Origin: an uncultured Chloroflexia bacterium | GTDB taxonomy: Bacteria > Chloroflexota > Limnocylindria > Limnocylindrales > CSP1-4 | DNA: 64,000 nucleotides | Assembly (NCBI GenBank): GCA_963819655.1 | Contig: CAWFXA010000003.1 | Location: 64,001-128,000 of the forward strand | Direction of reading: 5' to 3' | Shown: one piece after another, positions 39,765-50,406 of the stretch | Position numbering within the stretch: the stretch's first letter is position 1 | Layout of the letters: each line of letters begins with the position of its first letter | The notes under the pieces: model-generated | What the model saw: the letters and a program-made list of their open reading frames with translations, nothing else | Told to the model about the DNA's origin: nothing | The model's database searches: none | Translations under genes and position numbers: made by a program

Positions 39765-39862
39765 GGCCCAACGCTACGTCCATCCGGCCCGGATGCGAGC
39801 GGGCCCTTCGTACTGCGGAGGATGGGAGATGCGGCGGGTCCGTCGAGAGGCAGTGGGTTCGC

Positions 39863-40972
39863 TCAGATGGTCGGGACGCCGACGCCTCCCTCGATGATCG
39901 GATCGGCCGGGTTCGGCACGACGAGGCCAGGCCGGTCCAGTTCGCCTGCGCCACGGCCGCCACCGCGCTCCCACCGGAGACCCTTGCCGGCCGCGACCGC
40001 ATCGGCGTCGATCGAACCGTCGGCGCGTGCGCGCCCCGACACGCCGATCGCCATGTCGACCGTGATGTCGCCGAGGTCGGCGTTGTCGACACCCGCGACG
40101 CGATACGTCGTGTCGGCGTCGACGTGGATGGTCAGGCTGGTGCCGTCACGCCGCGTGATCGTGATCGTATCGGCCGTCTTGGCCGTCACGGTCCCGACAG
40201 CTCGGTCGCCTGCGACCTGGACGTTCAGCGCCGTGATCTGATTGTCGGCGGTCGTGGTGCCCTGCACGCGCACGGGCTGACCATCCTTGACATCGGCCAG
40301 CGTGCCGGTGCCCTGGCCGTATGAATAGGTGGTCGAGCCGTTGACTGTGACGGTCCAGACGGAACCATCGCGCGTGGTCACCTTGAAGCCGGTCGACGTG
40401 ATCGCGCTGGCTGTGCCTTTGACGGTCGGGACGACGACCGCGACGGCGGTGATTGTGTAGCTTCCGTCGGCATTGCGCGTCTGACGGAACCGGACCTGAT
40501 CGCCGACCTTGAGGTCGGATACAGCGATGTCCTGGCCGCCCTTGGTGAGGTCGACCGTGTCGCTGATCGTGATCGTACGGCTCCAGCCGTCGGGGGTCCC
40601 GAGCGTGACGGCGTTGCCGCTGATCGCCGTGATCGTGATCTCTCCGAACCCGTGTCGCCCGAAGCGTCCCTGGGTGAGCTCGCCGGCATCGCCCCAAGCC
40701 GGATCGTTGCCACCGAGGGCGAAGTTCGCGCCTCCGAGCACCGCGTCGCGGCTGGGCGCATCCGCCGCCATCGACGTCGCGGCGGCGATGATGGCGAGGA
40801 CCGCCCCGGCACCGAGCACGAGGCCGATGCGTCGCTTGCTCGGAGCGCCGGTCGTCCCGCTGAACGCAGCGCCGGGGGTCGCGGCGGGCACGGTCGCGGG
40901 CGGCAGGGCGGCCGGATCCAAAGCTGTCGCCTCGCCCGGGGCGACGGCCGGATCGGTCTCGTTGGATGGCAT
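39863..40972 (-). CDS. DUF5666-like repeated OB-fold exported protein
   Basis: TM anchor; three GTxTAI..D(L/V)K(V/D)G repeats; AAGGAG RBS. Confidence 0.8.
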   Translation of the reverse strand: MPSNETDPAVAPGEATALDPAALPPATVPAATPGAAFSGTTGAPSKRRIGLVLGAGAVLAIIAAATSMAADAPSRDAVLGGANFALGGNDPAWGDAGELTQGRFGRHGFGEITITAISGNAVTLGTPDGWSRTITISDTVDLTKGGQDIAVSDLKVGDQVRFRQTRNADGSYTITAVAVVVPTVKGTASAITSTGFKVTTRDGSVWTVTVNGSTTYSYGQGTGTLADVKDGQPVRVQGTTTADNQITALNVQVAGDRAVGTVTAKTADTITITRRDGTSLTIHVDADTTYRVAGVDNADLGDITVDMAIGVSGRARADGSIDADAVAAGKGLRWERGGGRGAGELDRPGLVVPNPADPIIEGGVGVPTI

Positions 40973-41039
40973 CCACGTCTCCTTTGGGTCGGCGCTCGTG
41001 GTCGAGAGTGCTCGACGCTGTCGAGGGTCGCGGCCGTTC

Positions 41040-41056
41040 CTGAGTCAGTCCTGAGA
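41040..41056 (-). promoter_or_regulatory. OmpR/MprA-type direct repeat TCTCAG-N5-ACTCAG
   Basis: Upstream of the DUF5666-like gene; matches the hexamer-N5-hexamer MprA box pattern. Confidence 0.45.
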
Positions 41057-41082
41057 ATCCGCGTATCGCGAATACTTGGTTC

Positions 41083-41772
41083 GTGAATGACGGACGCGAA
41101 CGCGTCACCGCGCTCATCCCGGCGTATCAGGAAGGGCCGCGCATCGCGGCGGTCGTGGAGACCGTGGCGCGGCACCTGCCGGTCGTGGTCGTCGACGACG
41201 GCTCGACCGACGACACCGCAGAGCGTGCCGAGTCAGCCGGCGCGACGGTCCTCCGCCAGGTCCCCAATGCCGGCAAGGGCGCGGCGCTGCGGGCGGGCTT
41301 TCGCGATGCGCTGGCGGCGGGATCGATCGCCGTCGTCACGCTCGATGCGGACGGCCAGCACGACCCCGCCGAGATCCCCGCGTTCCTCGCGGTCTTCCGC
41401 GAACGCCGGCCCGGGTTGATCGTCGGGCGTCGGGATTTCTCCGAGATGCCGCAGGTGCGGCGGGCGTCGAACGTACTCGGCGGAGTCGCCCTGTCCGTGG
41501 CGCTCGGCCGCGACGTGCCCGACAACCAATCCGGCTATCGACTGATCGGCCGCGAGCTCATGCAGGCGATGCTCCCGTCCGAGGAATCGGGCTTCGAGTT
41601 CGAGGTCGAGATGATCGCGCGCTGCATCGCGCTCGGCCTGCCGATCGACTGGGTGCCGATCCGCACGATCTATGCCGGCGAGCCGAGCCATATCCAGCCG
41701 TGGCGGCATTTCAGGGAGTTCCTGCGGGTCACCCGCAAGGCGCGGCGGATCGCCCGCGGTGAGGACGGCTGA
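41083..41772 (+). CDS. Glycosyltransferase family 2 (DPM1-like)
   Basis: IPAYQE, VDDGSTD, GKGAAL, DADGQH and DNQSGYR motifs. Confidence 0.92.
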   Translation: MNDGRERVTALIPAYQEGPRIAAVVETVARHLPVVVVDDGSTDDTAERAESAGATVLRQVPNAGKGAALRAGFRDALAAGSIAVVTLDADGQHDPAEIPAFLAVFRERRPGLIVGRRDFSEMPQVRRASNVLGGVALSVALGRDVPDNQSGYRLIGRELMQAMLPSEESGFEFEVEMIARCIALGLPIDWVPIRTIYAGEPSHIQPWRHFREFLRVTRKARRIARGEDG

Positions 41773-41775
41773 GGC

Positions 41776-43791
41776 TCAGATACCCTCCGTGTCCTCCCGG
41801 CGATAGGGCACGTTCACCACGACCGTGTGCGGCCGGCCGAGCAGGATCGATCGAAGTCGCTTCGCCGACTGGTTGTAGAGCAGGCGCTCCCACCAGCGGC
41901 GCGCGACGTACTCGGGGATGACCACGAACGTGATGGGTGAGGGCTTGTCCGGCGGCCACGCCAGGTCGAGTACGTCGAGATAGGCGAGCAGCGGACCAGC
42001 GAGCGCGCGGTACGGCGACTCGACGACGACGAGGGGGACACCCGGGACCTGTCGCTCGAACTCCTCGCGCACGCGGCGCGCCTCCTCGGGATCGTCCGAG
42101 ATGAACACGGCCCGGACATCGTCGTCGATCGAGCGGCCCACGTTGATCGCCTGGACGCTCGCCCGGTCGAGTCCCGGGATCGGGACGACGACGCGTTCCT
42201 CGCGCATGGGTGGTTGCACGACGGTGTCGGACTTGACCGCCAGCTCGCGCCGGGATCGGGCGTATTGCCGCGAGATGAACATCATCATCCCGACGAGGAC
42301 GGGGACGAGGATCACGACCAGGTACGCGCCATCGGCGAACTTCTCGAACACGACGATGCCGAGGACGACCGCCGTCAGGACGGCCCCGCCGGCATTGATG
42401 GCCAGGCGCCACCGCCAGCCGCGCTCGCGGACGCGGAGCCAGTGGCGGACCATGCCGCTCTGGCTGAGCGTGAAGCACAGGAAGACACCCACCGAATAGA
42501 GCGGGATCAGGGAATGGGTGTCGCCACCGAATGCCCACAGCAGCCCGAATGCGACGGCCGCCAGCAGCACGATCCCCCAGGAGTAGGCGAGGCGGTCTCC
42601 GCGGAATGCGAACTGGCGGGGCATGTATCCGTCCTCGGCCAGGATCGCGCCGAGGCGCGGGAACGCGTTGAAGCTCGTGTTCGCGGCCAGGAACAGGATC
42701 AGTGCCGTCGCCGCCGCGAACACGTATGCCAGCACCGAGCCCTCACCGAAGGCGACCTGGGCGGCGAGTTGCACGACCGACGGCCCGCCCGGCTCGGTGG
42801 GTCGCAATCCGAACGCGATGGCGACGACCGTGAGGCCGACGAACAGCACGCCCAGCAGCACGGCCATGATCGTCATCGTGTTCGCGGCGTTCTTGGCTTC
42901 CGGGGGCTTGAACGCGGGTACGCCGTTGGCGATCGCTTCGACGCCTGTCAGCGCGACCGAACCCCCGGCGAATGCCTTGAGCAGTAACAGGATCCCGACC
43001 ACTTCGGTACCGAAGGGCACGGCCGTCGGCTCCGATGGGACAGGTGCCGCCGACCCCGTGACGATGCGCCAGCCGCCGATCGCCACGATGGCGAGCGCCA
43101 TGCCGACGAACAGGTACGTCGGGACCGCGAAGATGTTGCCGCTCTCGCGGAGTCCGCGCAGGTTGGCGACCGTGATCAGGCCGATGGACACGAAGGCGAT
43201 CTCGATCCGGAACTCGTAGGCAGCCGGCACGACCGACTGGATCTGGGCGATCGCCGACGCCGTCGACACGGCCACGGTCATGACGTAGTCGATCAGCAGC
43301 GACGCGGCGGCGATCAGGCCGAAGATCGGCGCAAGGTTGGTGCGCGCGACGACGTACGCGCCGCCTCCGTTCGGGTACGCGCGGCACACCTGGCGGTAGG
43401 ACAGCGCGACGACGGCCAGCAGGACGGCGATCGCGATCGAGACCTGGACCGACAGCAGCATCGCCGCCGCTCCGCCCAGGACCAGGACCCGCAGGATCTC
43501 CTCGGTGGCGTAGGCAGACGACGAGATCGCGTCGGAGCTGAAGATGGCGAGTGCCTTCTTCTTGTCGAGGCGCTCCTCGATCTCGGCCTCGCTGGCGAGC
43601 GGTCGCCCGAAGACGATGCCGCGCAGCCGCGCCAGCGCCCTGCCGGTTCGGGTCCGCGGCAACGATGCCGCCTCGCGCGCCACGAGCTGCCCGGGTCCCG
43701 TGTAGCGGAAATAGGGTGCGTGCGGTCGCTCCACACGCACGCGCCGGTCGCCGGCCTTCCGACCTGTAAGCGGCCGCCGTCCTCCGATCAT
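41776..43791 (-). CDS. APC-family permease, KimA/YdaO-like K+ importer
   Basis: FSSDAISSSAY, GVEAIANG, AANTSF and LIPLYSVGVF motifs; cytoplasmic SPYR..IPE domain. Confidence 0.9.
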   Translation of the reverse strand: MIGGRRPLTGRKAGDRRVRVERPHAPYFRYTGPGQLVAREAASLPRTRTGRALARLRGIVFGRPLASEAEIEERLDKKKALAIFSSDAISSSAYATEEILRVLVLGGAAAMLLSVQVSIAIAVLLAVVALSYRQVCRAYPNGGGAYVVARTNLAPIFGLIAAASLLIDYVMTVAVSTASAIAQIQSVVPAAYEFRIEIAFVSIGLITVANLRGLRESGNIFAVPTYLFVGMALAIVAIGGWRIVTGSAAPVPSEPTAVPFGTEVVGILLLLKAFAGGSVALTGVEAIANGVPAFKPPEAKNAANTMTIMAVLLGVLFVGLTVVAIAFGLRPTEPGGPSVVQLAAQVAFGEGSVLAYVFAAATALILFLAANTSFNAFPRLGAILAEDGYMPRQFAFRGDRLAYSWGIVLLAAVAFGLLWAFGGDTHSLIPLYSVGVFLCFTLSQSGMVRHWLRVRERGWRWRLAINAGGAVLTAVVLGIVVFEKFADGAYLVVILVPVLVGMMMFISRQYARSRRELAVKSDTVVQPPMREERVVVPIPGLDRASVQAINVGRSIDDDVRAVFISDDPEEARRVREEFERQVPGVPLVVVESPYRALAGPLLAYLDVLDLAWPPDKPSPITFVVIPEYVARRWWERLLYNQSAKRLRSILLGRPHTVVVNVPYRREDTEGI

Positions 43792-44032
43792 CGCTAGAGG
43801 CTCGGTCGCCGAGACCGGTGGCGGATGATGACTATCGGTCGTACAGGACCGATCAGAACGGCTGGCACGGTCATACGGTGCCACGTTGGCGCATGGGCGA
43901 TGTCGTCAGTCCGTGCGGACCGCTCAACGATCGCTCAATACCTCGACCTGGTCATCTCCTACGCGGCGCGACGACACGGGACTTCAGCCATGTGTCGGCC
44001 GTCGGCCGACCCTGCCAGGAGGCATGGTGACG

Positions 44033-44278
44033 CTAGTCCGTCGGCCCGAAGATCAGGCGTGTGGCCCCGCCCGCGCGGTCAACTCGGAAGGCGATGCCAC
44101 CTTGTTGGGCGCGGGCTAATGCGATGGAGGCGGCCGCGTCCGGCGCATTCAGACCGACGAGTCGAACGCGGACCGCTGCGCCACGCGCCACGAGCGCGAT
44201 CGCGACGTCGATCTCTCGGAGGTCGATGTCCAGAGGATCCTCCGCACGGGGCAGGAGGAAGAGGCCCGCGGTATCCAT
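44033..44278 (-). CDS. Small hypothetical protein
   Basis: 81-aa ORF between the response regulator and the permease. Confidence 0.55.
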   Translation of the reverse strand: MDTAGLFLLPRAEDPLDIDLREIDVAIALVARGAAVRVRLVGLNAPDAAASIALARAQQGGIAFRVDRAGGATRLIFGPTD

Positions 44279-44346
44279 GCTTCAAACGTAATCCGGGGTC
44301 CAAGAAGGACAGCGGTCGTGGCCCGGTCAGACCACTCAAAGCTCGC

Positions 44347-45061
44347 TCAACGCCTCGTGGCAGGATCGCCGATTCGGTAGCCGATCCCCGGTTCGGCGGT
44401 GATCAACCCGTCGGCACTCCCGCTCGGATCCGCCGCGTGCGAGCTTGCGGCGCAATCGGGACACGTAGACGTGCAGGTAGTGTCCCTCGTCCGTGTAGGC
44501 CGTCCCCCACACCGCGCGCAGCAACCGGCCCTTCGTCAGCAGGCGACCGGGCTGGGCGATCATGACCTTGAGCAGCTCGTACTCACGCGGCGTGAGCTCG
44601 ACCTGTGTCCCGTTGACCGTCACGCGGCGCGCAGCGACGTCGACCGACACAGGCCCCAACGTCACGACGCCACCCTGGTCGGCCGCAGGCCCGGCCGCCC
44701 GCCGGAGCACCGCGCCGATGCGGGCGCGCAGCTCGTCCATGCCGAACGGTTTCGTGACGTAGTCATCGGCGCCGGCTTCGAGCGTCGCGACCTTGACTCG
44801 CTCGTCAGTCCGCGCCGACAGGATCAGGATCGGCGTCGTGGCATCCCGCCGAACGTGTCGGACGACGGTGGCTCCGTCGAGGTCGGGCAGACCGAGGTCC
44901 AGCAGGATCAGGTCGGGTCGTTCGGCATCCCAGCGCCGGAGCGCTTCCGCGACGGTCCCGCTGGTCGCCACCCGGAAGCCATGGCCTTCGAGATTCCGAG
45001 CGACGGCGTCTCTGGTGGCCCCATCGTCCTCGACCAGCAGGATGCGCGCCATCGGCGTCAT
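44347..45061 (-). CDS. kdpE: OmpR-family response regulator (KdpE-like), frameshift near 44438
   Basis: LLDLGLPDLDG, GADDYVTKPF, LRAVWG..YLHVYV..LRRKL; EPGIGYR in the shifted frame. Confidence 0.82.
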
Positions 45062-46624
45062 CGATCGGGATCCGCCGGAGCCTGGCGGAGTGTGACGATG
45101 ACCGCCAGACCTCCGATCGATGCGGGCGCCGCCGCGACCTGGCCGCCCATCGACTCGACGAGCCCACGCACCACGCTGAGCCCGATCCCGAGTCCCCGTC
45201 GGGATCCCTCCGGTCGCGACGTCGCCCGCTTGAAGCGCTCGAAAAGCGACGAGAGCTGCTCGGTCGACACGCCCGCCCCGCCGTCCTCGATCGTGAGGGT
45301 CACCGTAGCCTCGTCGCCCGAGGTCGGGGCCGAGGCCGCCGAGATGGCGATGGCCGCGTCGTCGGGCGTGTGGGCCACGACGTTGTCGAGCAGGTTCGTC
45401 ACGACGAGGTCGAGCAGGACGGCGTCGGCGAGGACCGCCGGGAGGCTGTCCGGGATCGAGATCGTGATGGGGCGGGCACCCAGGCTCGGCCGCATGCGGT
45501 CGACGACAGGTTCGACGACCGCCCACAGCTCGTGGGGCTCGAGATCGGGGTGGATCGCGCCGGACGCGATGCGGCTCAGGTCGAGCACACCGCCGACGAG
45601 ACGATCGAGCCGGGTCGCTTCGGCGTCGATCACGAGCGCGGCCGCGCGCGAGGCCTCCTCGCTCCAGGCGACCTCGGGATCGGCCAGTCCGCCGGCCGTC
45701 GCACGGATGCTCGCGAGCGGCGTGCGGAGGTCGTGCGAGACCGAATCGATCAATGCGGTCTTGAGGGCATCGGTCTGGCGGGCGACCTCGAGCTCCGTGC
45801 GGGTCTGGCGGAGCTGATCCCGGCGGAGCGAGACCGCGATCTGGTCGGCCGCGAGCGCGAGCACACGCGTCTCGACGCGGTTCGGATCGCCGTGCGCTCG
45901 GTCGCGCGATCCGATGAGCGTCCCGAGCCCCACGGCATCGGCCTCGATGCGGACGCGGTACTGGGGATGGTCGGCCGCCGACGGCCCCGGCCGCCGGTCT
46001 CCTGTATGGGTGCGGATCCAGTGCGCCGGCTCGTCGCCTGGCGTTCGCACGAGGTTCGACGTGATGCTCGGGGTCGGCGGCGCGGGACCCTCCCCGGTGT
46101 CGGCGAGGAGCCGCTCGGCGCTCGTGGGGCCCGCGAGGATCCAGACGCGGTCCATGCCCGCCGCGCCACGCACGCGTGCCGCGATCTCCCCGGCGGCCTC
46201 GGCGGTCGATGCGGCCGTCGCCAGCGATCGACTGAGGGCGAACAGGGTGTTGGCTTCCTCGGCTCCGCGGGCGGCCTCGTCGGCGCGGGCGTGCTGGGTC
46301 GCGACGAGCCTCCCGATCGCGAGCGCTACGAACAGGAACAGCACGAGATCGAGCAGCTCGCGCGGGTCGGCGACGGCCAGTGAGAAGCGTGGGTTCGTGA
46401 ACAGGAAGTCGTAGGTGAGGAACGCGGCGATCGCCGTGGCAACCGCCGGCGCCGTGCCAGCGACGGCGCCCACCGCGACGACCGCCACGAGGTAGACGGG
46501 CGACGCGTCGTCGATGCCGACGAGATCGCCCTCGAGCACGGCGACGATGAGCGTCGTGATCGCGAGCGACCCGAGCGCCGAGCATGACGACCGCCGCCGT
46601 GCCTCGCCAGCTCGGGGTGGCCAT
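45058..46624 (-). CDS. kdpD: KdpD-like sensor histidine kinase (DUF4118 TM + HisKA + HATPase), frameshift near 46575
   Basis: 'YDFLFTNPRFSL' DUF4118 segment, SVSHDLRTPL, NLLDN and GLGIGL motifs. Confidence 0.78.
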
Positions 46625-46842
46625 GGCCGACCGACGAGACCCGATCGGGATCGATGGCGAGAGGCGCACGCGCTGATGGTAGGCCGAGGGCGAGTCTGGT
46701 ACTGGCGGGTATCCCAAAGTACGGCTTGGAGCGACCGGGCCCGCACCCCTACTGTCTGGCACGCAGCGGTCACGACCCTACCCCTGAGTACCCCAGGGGA
46801 CCGGAGCCGCCGAGAAGTGCGCAGAACGAGGCAACCTGACAA

Positions 46843-47037
46843 ATGGCATCGATGGCCGTCAACGAACTGGGACCGATGCTCACCGCGACCGAGGTCGCCG
46901 AGATGCTCCACCTGCACGTCAACACGGTGAAGCGCCTGGGCGACCGCGGCGAGCTGCCGTTCTATCGCGTCTGCAAGCGGGGCGATCGCCGCTTCCGCCT
47001 CGACGACGTGATGAAGTTCCTGGCCCAGAACCGCTAA
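46843..47037 (+). CDS. Standalone HTH_17 (excisionase/BldC-like) DNA-binding protein
   Basis: MLTATEVAEMLHLHVNTVKR..GELP..GDRRF. Confidence 0.88.
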   Translation: MASMAVNELGPMLTATEVAEMLHLHVNTVKRLGDRGELPFYRVCKRGDRRFRLDDVMKFLAQNR

Positions 47038-47146
47038 GCACGACCGATCGTCGGTGGCGGTCCGCGCCGCCGGCGCGTCTCGATCTCGTCGCCTTCCTTG
47101 AGCGCCCGGTCCCTCCCCGGGCGCTCGTCTCATCCCCGGGGGATAT

Positions 47147-47183
47147 GAAGAGGCCCGCCGGCTGCAGCCGGCGGGCCTCTTTC
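47147..47183. terminator. Bidirectional terminator hairpin
   Basis: aagaggcccgccggc-tgca-gccggcgggcctctt between convergent genes. Confidence 0.8.
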
Positions 47184-47203
47184 GTATCGCTGACGTGGGT
47201 GCG

Positions 47204-50185
47204 TCAGGGTCTGTTGTCGACGTTGACGATGGTGCGGCCCATGAGGCCGCTCGGACCGGTGTGCGACACCGCGCCGATGAACCAGTCCCCGATGGCGCCG
47301 CTCGTGATGCCGGACCAGCCGGCCACGACGGTCCCGACCGTCCCGATCGTCGCGGACGTCGGGGCCGACGTGATCGACAGGCTCCCACCGCCCGCGGCGG
47401 CTGGCACAGCCCACGTCCACATGTGGTAATCGGAATCGCCACCTGGCGCGGACCAGCCGTGGACATAGACCTTCCAGATCCCGTTGGCCGGGTTCGGGAT
47501 GTCGATCAGCTCATCGGTCCCTCCAGCGGTGCTGGAGGCGACCATGACGTTGCTCGGGTTGAACACGTAGATGTCCAGGTCGGCAGCCGCCTCGGTCGCG
47601 TCGGGAGGCATCGCGATGCGGAAGTGTCCGGCGCCAGACAGGGTGAACTCGTGCAGGTTCGCTCCGCCGGTGCCCACGTCAGCCGGTGCGAACGTCTGGT
47701 TGGCGTCCTGCTTGACGTTAGCGGTCGTCACGGTCGCGGCGACGAGCCCGTGGGCTGACGCCGCGTACGAGCCGGTGTACCCGAACTCGACCGGGATGTT
47801 CACGGACCCACTCGTGCCGATGCCCGCGACTTCCTCCGGCGCGTCGAACAACGCACCGCGCACGGCCAGCGGGCTGCGGACCGTGTAGTCGTCGCCCTTC
47901 CACGTGAGCGATCCGAACCGCCACTCGCCGATCGGCGCGCTGACGTTGGTGACCGTCACGGTGAATGTCCTCGACTCGCCGCGGCGGATGGTGAACGTCG
48001 ACGGCGAGACCGTCACGGTATAGCCGGTCGGGGCCTGGACGTTCGCCTTGTAGGTCACCTTGGCGTTGCCGTTCGTGACGCTGGTCACGGTCCGGGTGAT
48101 GGTCTGACTGCCGGCGACCTCGGAGATGCCGATGGACGGCAGGTTGAGGTCGACGGGCGCACTCGGCACGCCGAGTCCGTCGAGGAAGTCGCAGCTGCCA
48201 GGGGTGAAGACGCCCCAGTCCATGCCGCAGGTGAAGGCCGCGTATTCGAAGAGGCCTGCGTCATAGACGAGCCCGGGCTGCGAAACGGAGCCCTTGCCCC
48301 ATTTGCCGCCGGGTCGGACATGACCTGCGCCCATATCGAACGGGTCGGCCTGACTGGTCCGGTCGTTGTCGCGGACCTTCTGATGGGCGGTCGTCATGAG
48401 GGCGGACTTCGCCGCCGCTGCCGACCACTCCGGGTGGGCCTGCTTGAGGAGGGCGAACAGGCCGGCCACGTGCGGGCTCGACATCGAGGTCCCCGCGATG
48501 GCCTGGAACAGTTCGCCCGGCGGCGTGCCCGCGTCCGGGAACGGCGAGTTGCCGGCCAGGATCTGGATGCCCGGCGCGGTCACGTCGGGCTTGATGACAT
48601 CGGGCGCGACGGCGTTCGGGCCGCGCGACGAGAAGATCGTCATGGTCGGGGCGTTCGGCCACGTCGATGTGCGTGGTTCGCCGCCGGAGCGCGTGTCGAT
48701 CCGCGCCGTCGGGCTGGTGGTCGATGCGATGTACGCCTTGACCGCCAGGCCCGGCGTGTTGTCGAGGTGGACGGACGGCACCCAGTGGGGGTCCGTGAAG
48801 AGGTTGTCGACGTTGTTGGTGTTGTACTGGACCATCCCGACGCCACCGGCGTCGAAGACGGCCTGGCTCTTCGCGATGCGGCCGACGACGCCACGGATGC
48901 AGAGCACGATCTTCCCGGTCACCTTGGCCGGGTCGAGCTTGCCCGGCTCGCAGATGTCGCTGCCGGCGGCAGCCGCATCGACGAGCGCGGTCGTGCCGAT
49001 GCTCGGCGTCAGGGAGGCGCCGTTGTAATGGGCGCCGTTGCCCAGGGTGACCACACCCTCGAAGAAGCGGCTCTGGGTGCTCGCGCCGACGCTCGTGACC
49101 CACGGCATCGTGGCTGGGTTGCCGAGGGTCGATATGCCGGGGCCGGAGTTGCCGGCCGACGTGGCAGTGAACACGCCAGCCTCAGCCGCGAACAGGAAGG
49201 CGATCTCGTCGGCACTCGGCAGCCCGGCGCCGCCGCCGATCGAGTAATTGATGACGTCGACGCCGTCGAGGACGGCCTGGTCGATCGCCGCCGCGAGGTC
49301 CGATGTGAAGCCGCCGAGGTTGCCGAGGCCCTTGTAGGCGATGACGTGAGCTCGCGGCGCGATGCCCGAGATCGTCGCGGCGGGCAATCCGAACGCGGTC
49401 GCGTTGACGTCGGCGTTGCCGGCGGAGGTCGATGCGGTGTGGGTGCCATGGCCGCTGTCGTCGCGCGCGGAATCGAACTCGTCGGCCGCAGCCCCGAGCA
49501 CGGCGCGATAGGTGGCCAGCATCTGGCGCGCGCCGATCAGCTTGTTGTTGCAGGCGAACGCCGCGTCGTTGGGATTGTGGGCGGTGTTCCCGAACTGGCA
49601 CGGGAGCGGGCCGGTCGGGGGAGCCGCGTAGCTCCCGTCGTCGTCGAATGACGGGTGCTCTGGCCAGATCCCGGTGTCGATGACACCGACGACCACGCCC
49701 TCGCCCGTGAAGCCGCGGTCGTATGCGCCGCTGTCGACCGTCAGACCCATGAACTCGGGGCTGCTGTCGGTCTGCGGCTGGCGCATCACGTCATCGAGGA
49801 CGCGCATGACGCCCTTCTGCAGCTTGATGGCGGCGACTTGCGTCGGCGTCAGCAGGGCCGCATAGCCGTTGAGCGCGACCGTGTAGTCGTGCAGCTTGTT
49901 CTTGGCAGCGACCTTGGCCTGGCTCAGCGACTTGTCGTGAACCGTGCGCAGGAAGGTCTGGTACTTGAGGACGGCGGCGTCGCGCCGATCCAGCTTCTTA
50001 CCGGGGACCGCCTTCGTCGGCGCGAGCCCGGCGACACCGCCGTCGTACGCCGCGACGGGGTTCGCGGCCATGACGACGACGTAGGGTTTGGCGCTTTCCT
50101 GCGCCAGCACGGGAGCCGCCGCCGGCATCGCCAGCGCGACGGCCACGATCAGAGCAAAGAACCGAAGCAGCCTCGTTCGCCGCAT
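47204..50185 (-). CDS. Secreted S8 subtilisin-like protease (I9, PA, FN3 and PPC domains)
   Basis: Catalytic IDTG, HGTH and GTSMS; GGAGG RBS; signal peptide. Confidence 0.95.
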   Translation of the reverse strand: MRRTRLLRFFALIVAVALAMPAAAPVLAQESAKPYVVVMAANPVAAYDGGVAGLAPTKAVPGKKLDRRDAAVLKYQTFLRTVHDKSLSQAKVAAKNKLHDYTVALNGYAALLTPTQVAAIKLQKGVMRVLDDVMRQPQTDSSPEFMGLTVDSGAYDRGFTGEGVVVGVIDTGIWPEHPSFDDDGSYAAPPTGPLPCQFGNTAHNPNDAAFACNNKLIGARQMLATYRAVLGAAADEFDSARDDSGHGTHTASTSAGNADVNATAFGLPAATISGIAPRAHVIAYKGLGNLGGFTSDLAAAIDQAVLDGVDVINYSIGGGAGLPSADEIAFLFAAEAGVFTATSAGNSGPGISTLGNPATMPWVTSVGASTQSRFFEGVVTLGNGAHYNGASLTPSIGTTALVDAAAAGSDICEPGKLDPAKVTGKIVLCIRGVVGRIAKSQAVFDAGGVGMVQYNTNNVDNLFTDPHWVPSVHLDNTPGLAVKAYIASTTSPTARIDTRSGGEPRTSTWPNAPTMTIFSSRGPNAVAPDVIKPDVTAPGIQILAGNSPFPDAGTPPGELFQAIAGTSMSSPHVAGLFALLKQAHPEWSAAAAKSALMTTAHQKVRDNDRTSQADPFDMGAGHVRPGGKWGKGSVSQPGLVYDAGLFEYAAFTCGMDWGVFTPGSCDFLDGLGVPSAPVDLNLPSIGISEVAGSQTITRTVTSVTNGNAKVTYKANVQAPTGYTVTVSPSTFTIRRGESRTFTVTVTNVSAPIGEWRFGSLTWKGDDYTVRSPLAVRGALFDAPEEVAGIGTSGSVNIPVEFGYTGSYAASAHGLVAATVTTANVKQDANQTFAPADVGTGGANLHEFTLSGAGHFRIAMPPDATEAAADLDIYVFNPSNVMVASSTAGGTDELIDIPNPANGIWKVYVHGWSAPGGDSDYHMWTWAVPAAAGGGSLSITSAPTSATIGTVGTVVAGWSGITSGAIGDWFIGAVSHTGPSGLMGRTIVNVDNRP

Positions 50186-50406
50186 CCTGTCTCCTCCAAG
50201 GGGATTCACGTGCGTAGGTCAACGAGAGTGCGGTCGTGTTGCGCTGGGGGTCACCTCCCTGACCTGATGCGCAGTGCGAACGGTGGGGGTCCATTCTGCG
50301 CGCGACAGCATCGCCGCGGTACGCTTGGCGGCGAAGGATAGGTTGCCCCGATGATGGCGGTTCGACGGTGCAGCCGCAACGCGACGACGCGCGGCATCGA
50401 TGCACG

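Noticed and set aside
43792-44032. c-di-AMP (ydaO) riboswitch upstream of the KimA-like permease
   Set aside because: Only a GCTGAA-like word is present; the GGGGxxAAT and CAGCTAAC elements were not found.
46843-47037. Prophage excisionase marking a mobile element
   Set aside because: No integrase, att site or phage genes adjacent; flanks look like core genes.
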